NCBI RefSeq assembly: GCF_964204645.1
Contig: NC_134031.1
Coordinates: forward strand, 16,851,807 to 16,915,806
DNA from: Tubulanus polymorphus
Taxonomy: Eukaryota > Animalia > Nemertea
Direction: 5' to 3'
Length of the DNA: 64,000 nucleotides
Position 1 is the stretch's first letter; each line of letters opens with the position of its first letter. Below are positions 54,101 to 64,000 of this stretch, one piece after another. Made by a program: the position numbers and the translations under genes. The notes under the pieces were generated by a model. It was given only the letters and a program-made list of their open reading frames with translations. It was not told the DNA's origin and made no database searches.

Positions 54101-57100
54101 ATACAGACAGTGCTCCTCTCTTCTCTCTATGTCATAATAAAAATTTTTGTGTCCATGCTAAATAAATTCAACGTCTTCATTTCTTTTGTCAGGAGTGCGA
54201 ATGTGCGTGCATGCATGCTACTACTACACCGGGCCAAAAACACATTCTACAATGATAAGGACCAACTTTTCGGTACAAAACGTAAACTGTAAACTAGATG
54301 TAAACATAATTCAAAAACGGAATATTAGGTTTATGGCTATGATCACACACGACTGGACAAAAAAAAATTTAGGACAGTGTTCTCGAAATCTGTGATAGCT
54401 TGAACCTTTTGATTTTGAATTCATGTAAAAACTTGTTGTGAACATTTTGTTGGGAAATGGTTTGCATTTGATTTACAGTGAATGTGATCTTCAGAATGGA
54501 AAGGCCCGTGTAGATAGAATGCAGTTCGCTTGATCTTACTTGCTCGTACGAAGGTAACGATTTGATAATCCATTTTGGACCTATTGGAGGGGGGTCGTCT
54601 CAAAATGCTGATTACGACCATTATCGAGCAAGTGAGATCATCTTGTCGCTTTCTGGAGCTTAGGAAGTTGCCGTCTTTCAATTTTTGCGTTGGATTATGA
54701 TCTGCTGAGCTATGCTGACTGAAGGTGGCTGTGTGATAGAGGATTCAAGGCTGATAACAATGAGGATTACGAAGTCTGGGATGTTCGCAGAAATATGAAA
54801 AATAATCATTCAAATAATCCGTGACCTTATTTCCTCTAGTCTACTCTATTTCATATTTAAGTCACTTGTCCCGATGACCCACTTGACGAGAAGAGCAGTT
54901 AGTCACCAATGTCCCGCAATTTGTTTTCCAGAAGCGAAGTCTAAATTACCTGAAAATAATAAGACCACTGCTCACACTGAAAATGCATCATCAGCAGCGT
55001 CAGTGAACATAGCTCCTATTCCTCCACCCCTTCTACAACAATCTAACCCAGAAGCTGTTCAAGCGCCGCCACCAGTAATTACTAATAGGGTGAGTATAAA
55101 GAGAGGAGAGTCGCGTCGGGGGGGCTATTCTGAAATATTTGGTTTTTAAAAGTGCATTCGTAAGATTTTGATCCGCGATTGGTTTTTCTGTTCAATCTTC
55201 TAAATGGTAGACTCTGCATGCGCTGAATAAATTCTCTCTTGAGTTACCGGTACACATACCTGACAACTATTACTATTTGAGAGAAGTATTGACTACTCTC
55301 TTGACAGCTCAATCACTACCAAAATTATCAAAATGCTCTCAAAATGGGAATGATTTCTAGTTCATTTTCCATTAAATGATTAGTTTTGATGTCAAGTTAC
55401 TGTTATTTGTGCTGAAAACTACTACAAAGTGAGGCACTGAGGTGGTCTGGTTAGCGATACACAAATTTCGGGGTAGTTGGGAGCAGGGGTGAGTTGTTGT
55501 GATGAATTGGAATAAGAAAATTTGTAATATCTTGTACTGGTCATGGGTAAATCTAAGGCAATAGTCTACTGACTTTGAGAAGACAAATCGCCCCCCGCGA
55601 TTCGACTTAGTTTTGAAGTATCCAGCAGGATAGATGAGGGGATAGTGGTCGATGCTAATGGGAATTTGTTATTGATTTTTAAAGACTAGTCCGAGACGAT
55701 CTCCTGCCCGTAGTCGTAAAAAAGGCGCGGCCGCGGCTGTAACGGCGGCGAACAAAAAACAACAACCGGCGCCGGAACCGATGGCCGTCGATCCGGTCGC
55801 CGCCGTCGACACTTCTCTTCCACCTACTCCTACGAGATCAATGGGCCACGTATTACCTGCACAACCTAGTCGGCCTACAGCCACAGCAACTGCCAAACCT
55901 CAACCAAAACCACCAGGTAGGTCTGCGTCTTCAGTGTAGAGATAAGTTTATTTGTAGTACCGATAGTAGAATTTTGTATTGACTGATATTCATTTCAAAT
56001 TTAAAGAAGTAAAATTAAAAGCATCCACTTACCTGGGTATCTTGGGATTTCATTTTTTTTTAAAGTCAGGGGAATTTGCGTAAGAACACATGTATTGAAT
56101 AGTTTCTGTGCATGTTTTACATGTTTGATTTCGCTAATTGTTTGGATTCTGTAGCAGATCAAATCAGGCAAAACAACTTGCCGTTCATGTCGGGGGGAAA
56201 AGCAAATAACAAAAAAGTTGCCACCCTGAAATGTTATGAATGTGGAACTAGCGCAATATACCTGGTAATAGATAATAAAAATAATATTTATTTCCGCTTA
56301 CAGTAGTATCAACTTCACCAGTCTTGCCAGCACCTCAGCAATCTTTGCCCCAGCCGCCTGCGCCGGTCAGTAGTAACGTTAATACAAATTCCAGTTCGAC
56401 ATTATCCACGCTGCTCACATCAGTAAAACCACCCACCTCTCCACCTCCACTGATCTCCATGGCAACCACGACGCCGCCTGCTGCGTTCGTTGAGCCGAAG
56501 CTGGAACCGCCGGCGACGCCCGTGCCGATATCGACGACGCCGTCTGCGATCGATCGTCGAGACTCGCTTCATCGGATGTCCGTTGACGATTCCAATAGTC
56601 CGAAACCTAGTCCAAAACCAGCGCCGCCTGGTGCTACTGTTTGTAAGTATTTCAACTATCTAGACTGAACTCTTCTGAACAGATTTCGTCATGAGTGTAC
56701 ATGTTAATTATTTAGCAACTGACAGTTTGCTACCCTATATAACCGGAGATAGTTAGAAAAATTCCACCGCACTGCAGCGTATAAACAAAAGGGACATACC
56801 ATTGTGGTGTATTGGTAGTTTACTAATATTCCACAATATTTGGTCAGTGTTACCATCCGTCTAGAGATTTAAACTAATTAGCAATTAGATGTGGATGCAC
56901 CATACACCGTGGGGCGGGTACAGGCAATATAGATTGGATTATACACCGCATTGCAGGGTAGAGGTACTGATATTCTCTTATATAATATTCTAGCATCCAG
57001 TGGTGTCGGCGTAATCTTCGGCACATCTTCATCGCAATCATCTACTGCTGTTAATCTGAGAAAACCAGAAACCTCAAACGCAACTCAAAAAAAGGTAATT

Positions 57101-58718
57101 TCATTCATTTAACCGATCGAGTACTGGCGACGCATTGCGAAGCTCTACCTCATTTATTTCATTGAGTGTCTGTCTTGCTAAACATGTTACGAGGGATTGT
57201 TTCCGTTTGCAGGACGTCAAAATAAGAAATATGAACAGTTGGTCAAGTCTCGCAAACCTTGGCAGTCAACAAACCGGACAATCAGGGAGTGCTCAGCGCA
57301 AAACTACAGCAATGAATAGTTTTGAACAGTTTAAAAAGGCAGCTAAGGAAAAGGAAGAGCGAGTAAGCAAGCTAACTAATACTTAACGCAGTGTGGGGTT
57401 AGAGTTCGATGATTGCGATAGGGGGATTTGGAAATATAAAGCACAGGACAGCCATTGACCTGGAAAACCTGGGAAATTTGGGAAACTTAGAAAAAAAAAC
57501 TGTATTTGATGAATGTTTCCAAAAACCTGGAAAACTCTGGGAATTCGGATATGCTATTGACCACCCATTACTTCGTCAATACGTGATTCGTGAAAAATGA
57601 ATGTGTCATTTGAAAATAAGATATTTCTTATTTCATTGGGAGGTGGGGGACATGAAGTAATTGAGAATTGGTTACTTGAAAATAAGGAAGTTATGTGTAA
57701 AAATATCAATTAAAACACTTAGGGAAGATAAAAAGTTTTTTAATGCAAACAAAAACTGTTTGTTTAGGAACGAGCTCAACGCGAGCAGGCGGATTTACGC
57801 CGCGCTCAAAGGGAACAGATCGAACGCGAACGAATCCGAGCTGAACAGGAACGACTCAGGGAACGAGAAGAGGAAGAGGCTCTGGATCGTGCGCGTCGCG
57901 CTCAAATGCAACAGCAACAACAACTCAAAACGCAACCGACTCAACAACAACAACAAACACAACAACAAACACAACGACCGGATCCGATACAGGCTCAGAA
58001 AGAACGGGACCGATTGAGAGAACAGGAACGACGACGTCGAGCTGCGGTGCGTATCACACACTGTCGAATCTATATTACACTTCATCTGTTCGTAGCTGTT
58101 ATTACTCTACAGATGTGTGAAATACCAGCTTTCGTTCGTAATTTCTTGATAATTAGGAGGCTATCTTAGAAATCTCGTTAAGAATTAATTAAGTATCGGA
58201 TGTCCATTCCATGCGCCGCGTAATTGTGGTCGCGCTTTCTTCACGCGTGGCTGTGTTTCAATTGATTCTCTGGACATTGACAGGTGTATCACATATTATT
58301 GAAGCACCCTGTAGTTGAGAGATTGCATGTTCATTCATTGAGCCTGTTTCATTCATGAACTTAAATGATGATTAGTTATTCACGACAATCTTGTTATCAA
58401 GACTACAACTGTATATGATTTGATTATGAGAAGGCTTGGTGAAAGTCCATACTCTTATATTGAAATCGGGTGATTTTGTAACAAATTACTCTACTAAACA
58501 AATTATTATCATTGGCAAACTTTCTTTTGATCTCTTGGCCTTGGTATTTCACTGCTCTAACATTGCACGGATTTTAGAAATTGAATTAATTGAAGTTATG
58601 GCGCGAACGACCGTGAAGTGACTGAACGTCTTTTCTTTTCGTATCTTTGCAGCAAGTGAATCGTATCGACATGAACGCTCAGAGCGAATTGATGGCTTCG
58701 TTCGAAGAGATGCTTTAA
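42297..58718 (+). CDS. BRD4: BET bromodomain protein (BRD2/3/4/T co-ortholog, fs(1)h-like), long isoform with C-terminal motif
   Basis: Exons 42297-42361, 43317-43347, 43437-43493, 43614-43829, 44182-44328, 45287-45598, 46213-46506, 46852-46953, 47276-47404, 47930-48100, 48604-49129, 50243-50407, 50493-50624, 51029-51160, 54932-55089, 55685-55916, 56304-56642, 56994-57094, 57213-57362, 57768-58046, 58653-58718. BD1 ([25 protein letters not shown]), BD2 ([17 protein letters not shown]), ET ([35 protein letters not shown]), Ser/Asp-rich SEED, CTM ([17 protein letters not shown]). Symbol chosen because the CTM is present. Confidence 0.93.
45995..46101. mobile_element. PIF/Harbinger-like MITE with CAG target duplication
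   Basis: cag|GGCCCAGTTTCACAAAAA...TTTTTGTGAAACTGGGCC|cag. Relatives at 14254-14370, 22113-22187, 26903-27014, 62158-62262. Confidence 0.75.
46989..47221. mobile_element. CAGGGT-ended MITE with GGGAATTT subrepeats
   Basis: CAGGATTCTTACGGATCAGGGA ... TCCCTGATCAGTATGAACCCTG. Related pieces near 35348-35510, 46537-46790, 50690-50800, 57445-57545. Confidence 0.6.
48178..48328 (+). ncRNA. SNORD10: Intronic box C/D snoRNA, SNORD10 (mgU6-77)-like, copy 1
   Basis: Box C ATGATGA 48183-89, guide CATGCGTGTCAT 48205-16, D' CTGA 48217-20, internal stem, C' ATGATC 48302, D CTGA 48319-22. The guide is complementary to U6 AUGACACGCA and the +5 rule selects C77. Confidence 0.85.
49751..49899 (+). ncRNA. SNORD10: Intronic box C/D snoRNA, SNORD10 (mgU6-77)-like, copy 2
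   Basis: Box C ATGATGA 49756-62, guide CATGCGTGTCAT 49776-87, D' 49788-91, internal stem TAACTCGTAA/TTACGAGTTA, C' ATGATC 49875, D CTGA 49892-95, terminal stem GTTA/TGAC. Confidence 0.88.
54136..54190 (+). terminator. Intronic polyadenylation signal cluster for the BET short isoform
   Basis: AATAAA at 54136 and 54161 followed by T/GT-rich sequence. Confidence 0.55.
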
Positions 58719-59695
58719 CAATACGCTCCCCGTATAGGATATCAAAAAAAAATTATTTATGGAACAATCGGTGCAGATCAATATATACAACCCGTGTCAG
58801 TCGGTCAGTCAGCATGGTAGTCATCATCTACCTGTCGTACTTAAAAAACTCATCGCGAACTCCGCGGCGTAAAGGCAACGTACTGCTCTTACTTAAATCG
58901 ACCCTCGCAAGCTCGAAAAATGAATGAAACCGAGAAAATCTCGACTCGAAAATCACCGATAACCAGTTGGCTAAAATCTAGATTTCGCTTGTAATTTATT
59001 TGTAAACTGAATTGAGCAGAAAGCCTGTGATAAAATGCGTTTATTTATGAATTGAGCTCACTTTCGGCTGGATGTCGTTCTTCGAATCGGACAAATCGCT
59101 TTTTTGTAAATCTGCCGTAAATCGTTTCGAGTTTCTCATAGACACTAGATGGCGACCTAGCTCATATATATCATGCATATCAATGTACACTTCGAACTTA
59201 GTCGATGGGAAACTCTAGATCACCAGCAATGGTCTATTAAAAACCTTATCTGCCCTCGAAACAGCACTAATTTGGTGCAAATCTTTGGAAAATGCAGATA
59301 GTTTTTATCGCCAAAAAAATAGAATAACGAGAAATTGAATTTATTTGTGACGAAATTGTCGCGCGTAGACTTTATGCAAATGCAATTGAATAGTTGGTAT
59401 TCGTTGAAGCTGTATGGCTCTTCCGTTTTACAAATGATCGTGTCCTGACCGTGTATGCTTATATTATAGCACTACGGTATATGTATAAGTAATATATATG
59501 TACATATTATCTGTGTAGGCGATGGTGACGACTTAACGAGAGATGTTGTCACGCTCGAAATACTTGAAAAAGAAAAAAAACTGTGAACAAATTTGCATTT
59601 ATAATTGTAGTCTTGAGTCTTGAAAGTTTAAATTTTTCCCTATCTAACTCGATGATGAATACGATGTATAACGATGATGAATATTTGTACGTATA

Positions 59696-59699
<4 letters not shown>

Positions 59700-59729
<30 letters not shown>
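59700..59729. repeat. (TG)n microsatellite
   Basis: Read directly. Other microsatellites: (GA)n ~1121, (CA)n ~4950, (AATAG)n ~32089, several (TA)n. Confidence 0.95.
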
Positions 59730-59734
<5 letters not shown>

Positions 59735-62041
59735 ATAAGGCAAACTCGGTGCTATGTTTGGTACAAACTTGTCGGTCGTTTTTTTTTTTTTTCGTTCGTT
59801 GATTTGCTTCTTCGTGTTTTGTAATTTACATTTATTAATTGGTGTCGGAGTATCGATGATAAATATTTGGTTTGATTTCCCCCTCCCCCAAAAAAGAAAC
59901 TGTGCTCCTCGTGGCTATTTTAGAAATGAGGATTATTTGATAGACGACGAAAAATGATAAGGTTACTCGTTCGTGTCAAAAGTGGTGCATTTTAGTTAAT
60001 GCGAACTCGAGTTCATTCCTCATATCAGATTGAAAAATTTTTTCATTTTTGAATCCTATAATGTTGTTTCATCCGGTGTAGAACTGTTTTAATTTCATGC
60101 ATATTCGTCCACCACCGCTTCATAGTGTATGACTGCGTTCGTTTGTAGCCAAAAAAAAGCCTCTACGAAATATGCCTCGAGCAACAAAAAATGCATTTCA
60201 TATAAATCAGTATTTTCTAATTGATGTCAATGATAACAATAAAATATATATATATATATATATCCTTTTAATTACTTGTTCATTGACGCTACCTAAAAAA
60301 ACCCATATATCAACGGATGTCTATTTTATTTGGCCCTATTTCGTACCTCAAAATATCAAACGCGAGGTATTCTCATTTCTTCGTTAATTATTTATCCTTA
60401 GATCAGATATTTACGAACGGATATAAAAGAATCATTTTTTTCACCCGTAACGAAGAATAATTTGAACGGATTTAGCCTTAATTACCGGTGCGCACAGCCG
60501 ACGGCTCATCTGGTTGGGTTTTTGCGAGCAGAGTTTTCTGTAAATACATATACGCTGTTGTAGGTAATCGAAACTGAATTCACGAGAATGCATTTTACTA
60601 TCGTGGCGTTTGCGCGCTGCATTCAGATAATCACTTTCTAACACTTGCGAAAAAATGTATATGTTAACATCGTTTCGTGTGTGTGTGTGTATAATTAACT
60701 GATTGATCTAGTGGTGTTGTGTCGATTTTCTTGCCGATGTCGTCATGTTCATAGTTATTACACACCATTTGTACTTAAAAAAAAGGATAGATTTTGCTAT
60801 TATATTATATTATATCATCCATCACTTAATTTGTATCGTCGAAAAAAAAAACGTATTCGGTTTGTTCGTTTCATTTTTTTTTTTTCGCTCGAAAAAGAAG
60901 CATCGTTTCCGCCATATTTATATCTACCGATCGAATCGATGATGAAAATATATATATATATTTTTTTTACTGTTCACTTCTGAATTTGGCGATTGAGTTA
61001 TAATTCTATTTAATTAAGAGTGAAAAGCGATGGAATAATTAAAAATGATTAAGTGCATATCGCGGCCGAGGAAATGTGTTTGAATTGAAATGATTACGCG
61101 AATGAGTGTTAGAATGAATGTATATCGCATGATGATTGAAATGCTGAGTTTCGATTTTTTTTTTTTTTTTTAATTTCTATTATCAATGTATATGTCATAT
61201 TAATGGCTGTCTCTTAAGATTTCATGAGATTTCCCCCGTTGTGAAGCTAGCGATGGTTTTAGAACATAGTTATCGCGTCGTGGAATTGGAGCGCGGTATT
61301 TTCAACGTCTTCTTGCATTTTTCTCGCGAAACGATCGCATCATTTTGTGCCATGCCTGTCGAAAAAAAAGCAAAAAAAAATTGTTTTGATTCAGGGATAA
61401 AAAATCATCCTACAAGGTATCATTCTTAATTCTTTCTGAATGTTACTTACCGTAGACAAAAGATTTGAAAACATTTCTTTCAAGTTACTTCAGTTTGTTT
61501 TTGATTCACGAGTTAGATGCTTTATTACCAGGTGTTTGTTATGCAGACATGATGATGCAAAATTTAGGTAATACACAGTCTGTATGGGGTCGTCCTTTCT
61601 TGCCGGTACACAGATGAGAATTTCCGAGAAGTTTTCCGTTGCTGCAGTGCACGTACACAAGCAGTAGTAATTCCATCTATTCTAGACCCTTATGTCTGGA
61701 TTCTGCTCTTTTGAGTTATGATTTGACTTGTAGAGTTACGAAGACGATCTTGTTTTAACTCGACTCGGTACTCGCGGAACTGTTACACATATATGTAGTA
61801 TATAGACTATTATACTGTAATTTTCATTTGATCTCGATTTATTAAAGAAAAACTGTTGATTGATTGAATTCATCTATCTGTTTACAACGACCTTATCGCC
61901 AACTGATCAGTTAGAACAGCAATTATCGCAATTCTGAATAATGATTTATATGTATAAATGGTTGTAGTTAGTTAGTCACAAGTAATGTTGAATTGCTAGT
62001 CAAAAACGAATTGCAGTGATTACCGATATATACAATGTACA

Positions 62042-62569
62042 CGGTAGAATCCTCTTAATCCGGATCACGATGTAAATCCATATTTGAATTGCATTGCTTA
62101 TTGATCTACGGTATAAGTGTAGGTTTAAAAAGTGGAGCGCGAGAGTTTTTGACTCCGGGATCCAGTTCCACAGTTGCGAGTTAGCGTTAAGTCTGAGTTG
62201 AAATAAGTTCATTTTCTATAAGTCAGATTCAAATCTGAACTCAAAACCGTGGAGCTGGGTCCGGGATGTCAAATCCCTACAAAACTTTAGGTGTACTGCT
62301 TATCCACATAGCGTCTCTCCGCGCAAATATCTGGCCTGATAGACAATCGTAAGCACTAAGTTCAGTAGCTCGGATGTCACTTCTTCCCAGGGATGACTTT
62401 GTATTTATTCAATTACTAATTCTTAGTTGTAATTTGGATAAGTCATCAACGTAATGATCGTCCCAACTATGATGACTTAACCGAATTCGACTGTACATAT
62501 TGTAATAGTGTAGCCGTCATTTGAATCAGATTCCTGCTTAAAGATACGGATTAAGCGGGTTTTTACCGT
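62042..62569. mobile_element. Tc1/pogo-like MITE with nested Harbinger-like MITE
   Basis: CGGTAGAATCCTCTTAATCCGGATC ... GATACGGATTAAGCGGGTTTTTACCG, insert at 62158-62262. Confidence 0.55.
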
Positions 62570-63483
62570 GTACGTACGATGCTTGTTACTCCGATGCCCC
62601 GTGTTGTGAATTTCGGTTGCGGAAAAGATTTATTTTTCTACTCCCCGAAAGGCTTCTTACGGTAGTTTGAAGGCGGCAACGAGAATAAATGTATAACCAA
62701 TATATATCTATATATATATATATATATGTATGTATACTTACTAATAGTCTCAACCGTCAATGGAACCAGTTCAGGAAAACGGCTCCATGTTAATTGGCAC
62801 ATTTATTTCGTAACAATGTATTTATAAGGTTTGAGTTGATATTTCATGCTTTTGAGATTGAGTTTAGTGGTCGGTGAGCGGCGCGTGTATTTTTTTTTCT
62901 TTTCATCGATGATTGTTTTAGTGATTCGTGAAATACAGTATGCAGGGAATACATGTGTATGTAAATATGATAATAATAATTAATTGAATAGAGAGGAGAT
63001 CGTTTCCAAGTGTAAAATAAACTACGTCATCAGAAATGAAATATATATCGTCATTTTCACTAGTTCGTTTCTTCGTTTGTCATATCAGAAGAGAGGGAAG
63101 CCAGTTACGTAGATGGCGGTTGAAATTTTGCTGCCGTCTGATTGTTCATCCATGAGGTAGGCATGCAAAAAAACGAAGATTTAGACGGTGTTACTTTTTG
63201 GCCAAAATTAAAATTCTTTATTTTAGGCTTATAGGCATAGGCATATTATTCTGCGTAATTGGATGATGTGCATGAATAATAGGAGTATCGAGACTAAAAA
63301 ATCCTGTGCCAAGCTCTACCCAAAAAAATAGCCAAAGATTGGTGTTGGATGGCGGTCTATAGTACAGCATGCTTTGAATTTAGAGGTTTTGAATAAATTG
63401 AACAGTTTTCCTCTTGCTAATTAAAGACACCGATTAAAATGATATTTCAAAATTTATTTGAATCATTTATCATTACAAATTGG

Positions 63484-64000
63484 TCAAGTCTGATTTGATT
63501 TTAATTTCGTGGTCTTATTCTTTTTCTGGAATTTCTTGGGTTTCGTGGTAACCACCTCTTCGTCCTAAAAAAAAAAAAACAAATCGGTAATAGATCAAGC
63601 CACATTACCAGATGCATGTCCATACAAAACAGTATTTCTGTTAATGTATACCTCGGATGCTTCTCTTTTGACTGAGTTATTTTTGCTGTTGCCGTTATTT
63701 GCGTGTATCTCCGGTTCGAGGTCTTCGAATTCGAAATCCGAATCGTCCGTAGTATCCATGTCATCATCATCATCACCATCATCATCGCTGCCATCTTCTT
63801 GCTGAAAATCAGCTTCTGAAGAAAACATTAAAATCGAGATGATTTGATGAAGAGAAATGAAGCATATTTGACGTCTATCGAAGTTTGTTAAAACAAGGTT
63901 TGAATTTTAAAATAGATACCTGGATAAAGGTCACTCATATCATCGATGTGATCCTGATTTTTTTCATCACCAGAATCGTTATTTGGTACTTCTTTGTTGG
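63484..64000 (-). CDS. 3' end of an unidentified gene with acidic tract and Lys-rich C-terminus (partial)
   Basis: Minus exons >64000-63920 (..GDEKNQDHIDDMSDLYP), 63815-63652 (EADFQQEDGSDDDGDDDDDM..REASE), 63564-63484 (DEEVVTTKPKKFQKKNKTTKLKSNQT*). Phases are consistent and AATAAA follows (~63453). Confidence 0.75.

Noticed and set aside
54697-54722. ATGATC...GCTATGCTGACTGA as a C/D guide against U6 51-60
   Set aside because: No convincing box C, two G-U pairs, and the +5 rule points to positions I do not know to be methylated.
63501-63794. ORF MAAMMMVMMMM...RIRPRN
   Set aside because: Wrong frame of the acidic exon; the spliced frame gives DDDD...DEEVVTTK.

Overview
Intron-rich eukaryotic DNA from an animal, probably a non-vertebrate bilaterian (many short GT-AG introns, little CpG depletion, one BET gene making short and long forms). 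I assembled four genes exon by exon: a choline transporter-like gene (SLC44A2/4/5 type, +, 14.9-27.3 kb), POMT1 (+, 32.4-37.3 kb), WDR5 (-, 38.4-41.0 kb) and a BET bromodomain gene (+, 42.3-58.7 kb). WDR5 and BET are head-to-head. The 3' end of an unidentified acidic/Lys-rich gene lies at the right edge (-). Main observations: (1) the CTL gene appears to have two pairs of mutually exclusive exons, a 27-nt microexon and several alternative first exons; (2) two paralogous SNORD10 (mgU6-77)-like C/D box RNAs sit in consecutive BET introns, each with a conserved unassigned second guide; (3) the BET gene has a short/long switch by intronic polyadenylation; (4) the gene order matches the vertebrate MHC paralogon; (5) an unexplained ~2 kb island with tandem repeats, GC hairpins and a spliced orphan ORF lies between CTL and POMT1. 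Introns carry many short TIR elements (MITEs). All gene models are manual predictions without transcript data.
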